Shown here: piece after piece, positions 28,801 through 40,800 of the stretch
Layout of the letters: every line of letters starts with the position of its first letter
How positions within the stretch are numbered: position 1 is the first letter of the stretch
Source: Squalus acanthias
Taxonomy: Eukaryota
Reading direction: 5' to 3'
Assembly: GCA_030390025.1 (NCBI GenBank)
Contig: CM059432.1
Coordinates: 40,922,001-40,986,000 of the forward strand
DNA: 64,000 nt
Translations under genes and position numbers: made by a program
Notes under the pieces: model-generated
What the model was told of the DNA's origin: nothing
Seen by the model: the letters and a program-made list of their open reading frames with translations, nothing else
Database searches by the model: none

Positions 28801-31800
28801 TTTAGTAGGTGGACCAAAAAGCAAGGAATTCGGAAAACAAAATGAGGCATTTTCAGTAATCTGTTGTTATTTATGTACATTGCCAGGAGTGTCTTATAAA
28901 TGGATGAGATGAAATACTTTCCTAAATAGTGTATGCTGTGTTCATGAAATATATTCTAGCAAGTGTTCTACCATTTAGGAAGAAACACGTGATTTGGAAA
29001 TTGCTGCATGTCTAAGGAGCTAAATGTTCATGCCCTGCAATGTTGCATTTGATCACAGTAAGCAAAGCTGTTAACAAAATTCAGACTTCCTAAATATTTG
29101 TGCCTGTCCAAAGCCTTTTGCAGGAGCATTCTGATCAGTTCATTGATTGGTTCAGGATTTCTCCTATCTGTAATTGGTGTCTACATCATTAAATAAATTT
29201 AAAACAGAAATAGACAGTTTCCTAGAAGTAAAGGGAATTAGGGGTTACGGGGAGCGGGCAGGAAATTGGACATGAGGCTGAGTTCGGATCGGTCAAGGCC
29301 CTGTGGGTGGCGGAGCGGGCCCAGGGGCTGAGTGGCCGGGTCCTGCTCCTACTTCTTGTGTTCTTTAGATTTGAGGTTAGGATCAGATCAGCCATGATCT
29401 TATTGAATGGCGGAGCAGGCTCGAGGGGCCGATTGGCCTACTCCTCCTATTTCTTATGTTCTTACATTGTAGGTACCCTCTTCCACAATGGTGCAAAACC
29501 CTTTCTACTGCTCCCAAGCCTCACCATCCAATTTCCATTACCCAGAGATCCCTTACACACCACTCTCTGTGCTCCCAGAAACCTTTCTCAGTATTTCCAC
29601 AATTGGGAAATCTCTTACTCAATGCTCCCATACCCCACCACCGCCAACCCAGTGCTCCCACATTCCAACCCCCCACCACTACTGCTAGACTCCAGCATGC
29701 TTCCCACATGCTATTCCTAGTAATCCTAGACCCTGGAACCCCCTCTCCTACCACCGTGCTCCCAGACCCCGGAACCCCCACATCGCTCACCACTGTTCCC
29801 ACTCACTTAAGAATCCCCTCCCAGTATTCCCACATTTAGTAAACTCTTTCTGTAACACTCAAAAGGAAGAGGGTGTAACATACTTTCCCATAAGTTGACA
29901 ACATAGAATTCAGTATCACTGAATGCACTTAAGATGGCCAGTCTCATGGGTTGTTGGGTGATGGACAATCTCCAGCAACAACAGAAGGAGAACAAAACAA
30001 AAAGCATTTGAAGAAGCAAGTCAATAAATCAATGAAAGAGAAAGATAGGGAACCAGAAAAGCGCTAGAAAAATATCCATGAGCCATGTCAACGGGGGTGA
30101 AACAGTTCTCAAAAGCAGGGGCGGGAGGGTTCAGATAAGGGTAAGTTTATAAGTTTGAAGAGAAAAGGCAAAGCACTAGAGATTTGGGTAAAATCAAGCA
30201 GGTTATGTCAGGAAGGGGCAGAGAGTTTAATAACGGTAATAGTTCATTAGCAACTAAGGCCACATCAGGGAAAAATAGTAAAAAGTTAAAATTAAAGGTG
30301 CTATATCTAAATGCATGAATCATTCGTATCAAGATAGATGAATTAATGGCACAAATAGAGATAATGGGTTTGATCTAGCAGCCATTATCGAGATGTGGTT
30401 GCAGGTTGACCAAAGTTGGGAACTAAATATTCCAGGGCACTTGACTTTTAGAAAAGAGGCAAATGCAAAAGGAGGTGTGGTAGCCCTGACAAAGGACGAG
30501 ATAAAGGCAGCAGAGGGAAAGGATCTTAGCCCAGAAAATCAGGATGTCGAATCAGTATGGGTGAAGCTATGAAATAACAAAGGGCAGAAAACACTGGCGG
30601 GAGTAGTTTTTGGCCCCCTCATAGAAATCGTAGTGTTGGACAGAGTATAAATCAGGAAACCAGAGGAGCATTTAACAAGGGTAACTTTAATCTTCATATA
30701 GACTGGGCAAACCAAATTGACAAAAGTAGCTTGGAGGACGAGTTTTCTAGAACAATGTGTCAAGGAACCAACAAGGGAACTGGCTATTTTAGATCTAGTA
30801 TTGTGTAATGAGAAAGGGTTAATTAGTGATATAGTAAAGAATCCTCTGGGAAAGATTGATAATATGATAGAATTTCATATTAAGTTTGATGTGGTTAAGT
30901 CCGAAACTAGGGTCTTAAATTTAAACAAAGCCAATTGCGGAGGTATGAGGGGCGGGTTGGCTGAGATAGATGCAGAGGTATGAGGGGTGCCTTGGTTGAG
31001 GTAGATTGGGAAAGTAGAATAAAGGATATGACAGTAGCTAAGCAATGGCAAACATTTAAAGAAATAATTCCTAATTCTCAAGGAATATACATTCCCTTGA
31101 GGAATAAAACCTCCACTGGAAAAGTGGTACAGCCATGGTTAACTAGAGAAGTTAAGGATAGTATTAGATTAAAAGAATGAGGCTTACAATGTTGCCAAAA
31201 AGAGTAGTGAGCCTGAGGATTGGGAGAGTTTTAAAAATCAGCAAAGGATGTCCAAGAAATTCATGAGGGAGAAAATAGAATATGAGAGTAAACTAGCAAG
31301 AAATATAAAAATAGATTGTAAGCTTTTTTACAAGTGTGTAAAAAGGAAGAGATTAGTGAAAGTAAACAGGGGTCTCTTTGACAGGAGAAATTATAATGGG
31401 GAATAAGGAAATGGCAGGGATGTTAAACAAATATTTTGTGTCTGTCTTCACAGTAGAGGACACAAAAAACATACCAGAAATAGGGGGGAACCAAGGGTCG
31501 AATGAGAGTGAGAAACTTAAAGTAATTAATGTTAGTAAAGAAAAAGTACTGGAAAAATTAATGGGACTAAAAGTTGACAAATCCCCTGGACTTGATGGCC
31601 TACACCCTAGGGTTTTAAAAGAGATGGGCAGGGCAAGAGTGAGACTAATTGGATAGGTCTTTCAAAGAGCCAACACAGGCACGATGGGCCAAATGGCCTC
31701 CTTCTGCGCTGTATGATTCTATAATTCTAAGAAGGTGGCAGATGGAGTATAATGTGGGGAAGTGTGAAATTATCCACTTTGGTAAGAAGAATGAAAAAGC

Positions 31801-34800
31801 AGAATATTTTTTAGAAGGTGAGAGACTAGTAAATGTTGGTATTCAGAGGGACCTAGGTGTCCTTGTACACAAATCACAGAAAGTTAACATGCAGGTACAG
31901 CAAGCAATTAGAAAGGCAAATAGTATGTTAGCCTTTATTGGAGTGTAAGAGTAAGGCATTCTTGCTGCAGTTATATAAGGCTTTGGTGAGACCACACTTG
32001 GAGTACTGTGCATAGTTTTGGTCTCCTTACCTAAGGAAAGATATACTTGCCTTAGAGGGGGTGCAACAAAGGTTCACTAGATTGATTCCTGGGATGAGTG
32101 GGCTGTCCTATGAGGAGAGATTGAATAGAATAAGAAGATAAGAAATAGGAGCAGGCGTAGGCCATTCAATAAGATCATGGCTGATCTTCTACCTCAACTC
32201 CACTTTCCTGCACTATCCCCATATCCCTTGATTCCCTTAATATCCAAAAATCTATCGATCTCTGTCTTGAATATACTCAACAACTGAGCCTTAGCAGTTG
32301 GGTTACATTTGCTCCCTTCCAATCCGCAGGAACCATTCGAGAATCGATGGAATTTTGGAAGATGACAACCAATGCATCCACTATCTCTATAGCCACCTCT
32401 TTTAAAACCCTAGGATGTAGGCCATCAGGTCCAGGGGAATTTATCAACTTTGAGTCCCATTAATTTCTCCGGTACTTTTATTTTTACTAATACTAATTTC
32501 TTTCAAAAATGAGAAGTCGCACAACACCAGGTTATAGTCCAACAGTTTTATTTGTGCGACTTCTCATTTTTGTCCACCCCAGTCCAACACCGGCATCTCC
32601 GCATCATAATTTCTTTCAGTTCCTCATCCTTGCTAGACCCTTGGTTCTCCTCTATTTCTGGGAGGTTTTTTGCGTCGTCTTCCGTGAAGACAGACACAAA
32701 GTATTTGTTTAATTTCTCTGCCATTTCCTTATTCCCCATTATAATTTCTCCTGTCTCAGCCTGTAAAGGACCCACGTTTACTTTAGCTAATCTTTTCTTT
32801 TTTACATACCTATAGAAGCTTTTACAGTCTTTTTATGTCTCTCGCATGCTTACTCTCATTCTATTTTCCCTTTCTTTATCAATTTCTTGGTCCTCCTTTG
32901 CTGAATTCTAAAATCCTCCCAATCCTCAGGCTTACTACTCTTTTTGGCAACATTATCAGCCTCTTCCTTTAATTTAATACTATCTTTAATTTCTCTTGTT
33001 TGCCACGGTTGGACCATTTTTCCCGTGGTGTTTTTATTCCTTTAGGGAATGTATATCTGTTGCAAATTGTGAATTATTTCTTTAAATGTTTGCCATTGCT
33101 TTTCTACTGTCATAACTTTTAATCTGGTTTCCCAACCTACTGTAGCCAACTCACCTCTCATACCTACGTAATTTGCTTTGTTCAGGTTTAGGACCCTCGT
33201 TTTGGACTTAACTAAATCACTCTCAAACTCAACATAAAGGAGCTCCCCAGAGGCTCCTTTACTACAAGGTTATTAATTAACCCTGTCTCATTGCACAGTA
33301 CTAGATCTAAAATAGCCATTTCCCTCATAGGTTTCTTGACATACTGATCCAGAAAACTATCTTGAATGCATTCCATGAACTCTTCCTCTGCTCTATTTCT
33401 ACAAATTTGGTTTGCCCAGTCCATATGAAAGTTAAAGTCCCCCATGATTACTGTATTACCCTTGTTACATGCATCTCTAATTTTCTGATTTATACTCTGC
33501 CTGACACAGCAACCACTGTTAGGGGGGCCTATAGACTACTCCCACTCGTGTTTTCTGCCCCTTGTTTCTTAGCTCCACCCTGCCCCTTCTTGTTTCTTAG
33601 CTCCTTAGAATGGGCCTATATTCTCTGGAGTTTAGAAGAATGAGAGGTGACCTCATTGAAATATATAAAATTCTTAGAGAGCTTGACCAGGTAGATACTG
33701 AGAGGCTGTTTCCCCTGGCTGGAGAGTCGAGAATGAGGGGGTCATAGTGTCAGGATAAGGGGTCGGCCATTTAGGACTGAGATGAGGAGAAACTTCTTCA
33801 CTCTTGTAAATCTTTGGAATTCTCTACCCCAGAGGGTTGTGGATGCTCAATCGATGAGTATATTCAAGACTGAGATCGATAGATTTTTGGGCATCAAGGA
33901 AATGGGGATAGGACAGGAAAGTGGAATTGATGTAGAAGTTCAGCTGTGATCTTAGTGAATGGCGGCGCAGGTTTGATGGGCTGTATGGCCTACTCCTGCT
34001 CCTATTTCTTATGATCTTATCCCACTGAATGAAATTTCCAGTTTCAGTTCCTGGTCTATGCTGAATTAGCTGATGCAGTACTTGGGTGATGAAATTAACC
34101 TGGTGTCCCTGGCCAGGATTTAGACTACAAATGACAATTGGTTATCCACGGTTGAGTCACCTATTGGACTAAATCATAGGTTTGTATCTATCCAGAACAG
34201 TTATATACACTGCAACCAAGCATAACAATTTATTTTGAAATATTTTTAATGTTTTGAGAATTATTAAATCCAAATGACAGCATTCAAAATGAGCTTCTCT
34301 TAAAGAAATCCCAGATGAGGTACCTGATAGCTGAGTATGTCTGATGAATTATGGTACCCATTAATTTAATTTCTCTTTCTTGATTTTTAGAATTGAGTAA
34401 ATGGCTGGAGCCACTGAAGAATCTAAAGTTTGAAATTAATTGTATTCCTAGCCTTCTCGAATATATTAAACAGGTGAGTGAAAAGTTAGGTGTCTGTTGA
34501 TGTACTGTATTTTTAAAAAAATAGGGTAAAATGTGAATAGCCAGTTCTGCTTTTGAGATTTGTGGTGTTTCTGCTAAATTTTAATTTTGTTCCAGGTGAC
34601 TCATAAATCAATAAAACTTACTGTCTTAGGAATAGGAAATGATTAGATCAGTTCCTTGGGTACAGATCCTCTTGTGGTTTGAGGGGTTATGATCTGATTT
34701 TTGGCTTTAATTCAGGTTTATCCCTTGGATTGTTGGCAGGTTCAGGGAAACTTGCCTCTTTGGGTCAACCAGTTTAGTTTACAACTTGCACCTTGTGATA

Positions 34801-37800
34801 CTGAAAGCCACTATTACAACAATAATGCTACTCAAACATCAGGAACAGCTTTGTTACTGTAATAACTTAAGCTTCTAAATAAAAGTTAAAACACAATTGT
34901 ATACTGAAAAACACTCTCCATGACTGAGTTTATTTCGTGGGTAGCTGAGCTTATACTGACCAGTAAGATACAGGATCGATCCCTAATTCAGGACAACAGT
35001 TACACATGCATAGAAGTTACAACATGGAAATAGGTCATTCGGCCCAGCTAGTCTGTCGGTGTTTACCCTTCACGCAAGCAAACAATCTTAATCACATTTA
35101 CCCACCCTGTTCCCATATCCCTTTATCCCCTTTTCCTCCATCTACCTCTCCAATCTAATCTTGAATGTTGACATAGTTTCTGCCTCAGTCACTAACCTTG
35201 GAAGTGAATTCCACAAGCTGACAACTCTGTATAAAGAAGTTTCTCATGCTCTCTGTTCTAAATCTCTTACATTCAATTAATGCCCCCTCATTCTAAACTC
35301 TTCACTACTGCTTTAATCTGCCTTGTCCCATTCTTTCATCATTTTAAATATTTCTGTCATATCGCCCCCTAATCTGCATTGTTCCAACAAAAAAAGCCCC
35401 AATTTTCCACCTTTGGTGTTGACCTACTTTTTTCTTCCACCAGACTCTTGGGCCATTGGAGCCTGCTCCACGTTGCCAGTTTTACACATGATTCACATTC
35501 TACTTACTTACCACCCTTTAGCTCTTTTCACACACTATATGTCTTTTTATTTCTTTGATTTCTCTCATATGTTTTGTCTCCTGCTGTATCACTTTTAACC
35601 ATCTCCTGATTCCCCACCTTAACACTTTACAGGTTATGCTATGTCTTTTCATCAGTGTGTGGTTATTGTGTATTCCCTTGCTCTGTTCCCGCTTAAATGC
35701 TGTTCATCTTTCAATTCTGAGGCAGGGTTTATATCTGAAATGTAAAATGATTTGTGTTTTCTCGAATGAAGCTGCCTGACCTGTTGAGGGTCTCCTGTGT
35801 TTTCCATTTTTGTTTGATTTTCAACATTTGCAGTATTTTACTTTTCCCCCTAATTTTTCAAGTCTTTTACCACTTGCCTGGCCATGGCACATCTGGCTAA
35901 GGGAATGGAAACATTTGCCAGGGTTCCTGCTGGAAGTGAGCATATGTAGATTTGGATAAAGACAGGATGGGGATAGGTTTTGATGCTTTCCATGGTTGAT
36001 TGACATTTACTCTGTCAAGGCTCACACATGAATAATGGACACTTGAGCAAGAAAATGAAGCATGCTTGATACCTATGGAACAATATTCTAGCAAGGAATC
36101 AATGCCTCAGGAAATAAAAAGAAAAAAATGCAGATACTGGGAATTGGAAGCAAAAACAGAAAATAGTGGATATATACAGTAGGTCTATCATCTGTAAAGA
36201 GAAGGGGCAGGTTAACTTTTTGGATGTAATCCTTTGGGTCTGATGAAGGGTTACACCCAAAACAATAACCTGTCTGTTTGTAGTTGCTAAAACCTGCTGT
36301 AATTTCCAGCATTTTCTATTTTTGTGCCAATGTAAGAATATTGGCACAAAAATTAAATTAAATTACTATAAACTATTTGTTCTTGCCAGTATCCATAGTA
36401 TTCTTCATATTCTCTCTTTATTTACATTTAACTTTTTTGTCTTTCTATTATACTCTATTCTAGTCTAATTTTTTTTCTATTCTAACTTAAAATATTTCAT
36501 TTACCTTTTATTCTTCTGCCTCTATGCTTCATTGTTCATTTTGGAGATGGGATCAATTTATTTGCAAAAGGATTTTCCATTAGCTTTAAAGTTGTTTTCC
36601 TAGCCAGTTAAAAGGATCGATTCTGAAGGTTGACGTGGTTACATCATAGATATGATCAGGTCAATTTTTAACGTGAAAACGTGTTCAAATGCAGCCCAAC
36701 TGCCCTAGAATAGTAAACACCTCTAGAATCCAAAAGGTTAAATCTGCTTAAAGCTGTCAATATTCCATCAGATTAAATTGCAACAGAAAAAGTGAAGTAA
36801 CTGCAACTTGAAGTGCTATTTTTGCTACCATAAATCTATCTGGGCAACAAAATGATGAACATGGCAGTAGTGGCCACCGAAAAATAAATGTGCTATGATC
36901 GATAAATTTAGAGAGGTAGTATTAGACTCGCATGTCTAACTCAAATATGTGACGGGTGATGCCAGTGAGTGCAGCTTGCCTGAATTAACGGATGTAAGTG
37001 CCAATTTGTATATTGTATGAGTGGCGCGGTGCGTCATGCTTTTCAGTAATCTAGTAGCTTATTTGCTACTTTCTATATGCTTCATAAAAATTAAAAATCG
37101 TACACACGACCCCAACCTGTCATGTATGCGCCTGCCACCATTTTTATGGCGGCAGGTTGCATGGCGTGCCTGTGTCTCATCTTGGAGACCAGGACACTTC
37201 ATTATAAACTTCTGCCGATCGCGGTTCTGCCATGGTCTGCCGACCGCCACCCCACCCCCCCTCCAAGCCCTGATCTTTCCCTCCCTCCCAATTGCCAGGC
37301 TCCGACCGCCCCACCCCCTTGTGAGGAAAACACATAATTCTAAATTTCTCTAACATAATTGATTATCAGTCTGACAAAAGCAAAATTTAGCCCGTGCTCA
37401 AGACCTTAGTCAGGCCGCACTTGGAATACTATGTCCAGTTTTGGTCTCCTTACATGGTGGGTGATATTGAGGCTTTGGAAAGGGTACAGAGGAGGGCCAC
37501 TAAATTAATTCCCAGTTTAAAGCATCTTAGTTATCAAGATAGGCTAAAAGAGTTGGGACTCTACACTTTAGAGAAGCGCAGACTTAGAGGTGACCTGATT
37601 GAGGTTAATAAGATAATGAAGGGAATAGATTGTGTTCCAGTTGACTGTTTGTTTGTTTCAATTAAATAGGCTGGGGAGAACCAGGGATCACAAATTTAAG
37701 TTCTGGAAGGCTAGATCTAGGTTAGATGTCAGGAGGTGGTTCAGTTTCCCAGAGAATAGTGGACCTCTGGAACAAACTGCCATCTCTTGCGGTGGATGTT

Positions 37801-40800
37801 GATTCGCTGAATTCCTTCAAGCGTGAACTGGACCTTTGTCTGGCTGGGGCGGAGATCACTTCTTACAGAAGGTAGATACTGTAGGGAATTCAGGGCCAGA
37901 GTGATCTGGACTAGTTTTGATCGCTTAGATGGGTAGGAGAGGAATTTCCCAGATTTTTTCCCCCCAAATTGGCCTGGTTTTTATTCCTGTTTTTTTGCCT
38001 CTCCCAGGAGATCATATGGTTTCGGGTGGGGTGGAGTGTATATATTGTGATACACAAGGTATCGCAATTGTATGGGACAGACTCGATGGACCAGAGGGTC
38101 TTTACCTGTCTGTCATTGTTCGTATGTTCTGTGTTGGGACATAACTTTCTCATTAATAGATTGTGGGCTTTCAATTGGTTGAAAACAAAGCCAGTCTTCA
38201 GCCAGTTAAAAATGTAAAAAAAAAATCAAACTTGCTGTAAAATGGATATATGAACTGGAAAGCAGAAAAATAAAGGTAACTGAAAGCTTGTTAGACTGGC
38301 GCTTTTTTTTAGAGCAAAAAGCAAGTTAAAGTAAAAATATAGAATAAAAAGGAGGAAACAGGGTTGACGAGCACAAGGTAGTGTTTCAATTTTTTGTTTC
38401 AATTGAAAAATTGTGCTTTAGTTGTCTGGTAGTTAGGGTTAACATTGCAGTAGTAATTATTCTTTAGTTTAAGCAGCTTTATTACTGTTAGATCACTTTT
38501 TTCCCGTATCATTGTAAATGAGCATAAGAACGAAGAGAACCAGTAGGTCCAGGGAGATGCGAACTTCCCTGAAAATACTGCCGGTCTAATGTTTAGAAAA
38601 GAGTACCGAAGATTTTTTTTTGTAAACTATTTTCCATGAGTAAATAAAGTAAATATTGGTCTTTTTGCTTGGGTTAATAGTTGAAGTTCAAAACTATTTT
38701 AAATGAAGCCGAGTCTTGAATTTTGTTGCTTTTTAAACTCCATATATTCTTAGAAATGTGTCTTATTAAAAATTCACAAGTTTACAGATATGCAAGATTT
38801 CTGAGATACAGATATCGTATTGCATGTATCAGTGATTTTTGAAATTGTTTTCATCAAAGTAAGGCTTGCAAAAGATTGTTTTAATTACCTGCCAGTTCAG
38901 ACTAAAATTATTTACCACTGAGCATTATTTCCATGAGAATATGATTTTATTTTGTGATTTTAGAACCTGGATAATTTGACCATTCAGATGACTCAGGAAG
39001 GTGCTGGACTAACCACTGCACTGCGTGTGCTTTGCCACATTGCATGCCCACCTCCCCCCCTTGAAGGTATGATACTTAAACTTGATAGCATTGATAGACT
39101 GGTAATGATGTTTTGGTACTTCGGCCTAGGAATTGGATATGGGCCGAAAACGGGTGGTGTCATGGCCTAGCGCTATTTAGCTGCACTGGGTCAAACTGGT
39201 TCAGGTAGCACGCAAAATTCATGCTCAGTCCTCATTAATATGATTATAATGCTGATCTCAACGCTAAAATCACTGCTCATTGGCTTACCGCTCAACAGGT
39301 GGGCCAATATTGGGTGCAGTCTAATTCCATGTCATGTTTGGCCCAGGCTTTATCCAGTACTTAAGGGGAGGTGCACTGATGCAACAGCACCTCATTGTCA
39401 TTCCACTTGGAAGTCCAAGCAACTACGAAGAGATGGATTAGCGTCAGCAGAGGGACAGAGCAAGACGCTTCTCAGACGCGGCTCTGGAGTCACTGTTGGT
39501 GGCCGTGGAGAGGAGGTGGGCTGTCCGCTTCCCAAAAGCTGGCAGGAAGCCATTGGCCCATACGTGCAGAAAGCATGAGATATCTGATTATGTGACGGCC
39601 AACAGCGTGGTCCCCAGGTCCTCCATCCAGTGCTGCAAGAAGTTTAATGACCTCACATGGCAGGTCAAAGTGAGTGAAGGCTTCAGCAAATGCCATTATC
39701 CACCATCTGCACCGCAAGCCTCACACACTGCTCAATGCACCACACCCCCATCACTCACCTACAAACAATCACCTATCACGACTCAGACCTCACAATCATA
39801 GCTTCACTTCACTCTCACAACCTTACACTGCAGCAACACTCAGACCCACATCTCTCACCTTGCACACACTGACAGCTATTCAGCTATGGCAGGCACATCA
39901 CCCAAACACATTGCACCACACTCACTCACACGCTTCCCTGTCTCTTGCAGGCCAAGGTCGTGCACAATCGCCGGGAGCAGCGGCAGACAGGCGGAGGGGC
40001 AAGCTGCAATACAGGCCTTGAGTCAACTGGAGGATAGAGTGCTCGACATCATTGGAGGTCGTGGCAGCGGGCGAAGTTGAAGTCCTTGGGGACAACAACG
40101 GAATGCTCATTCCTAATCCTCCTTCTCACATCCCACTTTCCTCTCATCCCACAATCTCTTCTCACTTACAAGCTGCTGATGCTGTATGCATGGATATCTT
40201 GCTCTCCCCCGCGTGTACCCCCCCTCCCCCCCACCATATCCCGACTCTTGTGCCTTTCTGCTTTTAGATATCGAAGAACAAGCAGCAGCACAGCCTATCC
40301 CTGAGGCAGTGGAGGAGAGCGAGGTGGGAGAAGAAGACGACACAGCGTCGCTGCATCTGTCACTCGCAGACACCAGCTCAGAAACTGGCACTGCGCGTAC
40401 TTTAGAGGCTAGTGTAGATGCGGGATCTGCACAGGGTGAGGCACTGGGCACGAGTGGGCTCCAGCAAGGCCAGGAGAATAGGGTAACTCGGGGGCCAGCT
40501 CCCCGGAGGGCAAGTTCGTGTGCGAGTTCTGCTGCACAGGACTCAGATGAGGACCTCGATGGGGCGGCCTTCAGAAGAAGGGTATTGGGCATGCACACCG
40601 AATTGCTAGGTGCAATGACAAGCCTGCCAGAGAGCCTCTTGGCAATGTCAAAGAGCTTGGAGGAGTCTGCCTCTAACATTGGCCGGGGCTTTGTGCAGAG
40701 CTTGGAGCCCATGATTTCCAGGCTGGGAATGATGGAAAACTCCAGGAGAGACCGTGTCAACCCAGACTTGATGCTGCGTGTGATGGGCGATGTCGCGGCT

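Larger units (their letters stand above)
30030..34020 (+). mobile_element. CR1 LINE from endonuclease start to 3'UTR, internally deleted and hosting nested insertions
   Basis: [17 protein letters not shown] endonuclease start near 30290; RT pieces 31378-32131; resumes 33606-34020 with the 3'UTR. Confidence 0.9.

Noticed and set aside
40113..40760. 215-aa minus-strand ORF
   Set aside because: Antisense shadow of the GC-rich Harbinger exon; no recognisable motif.
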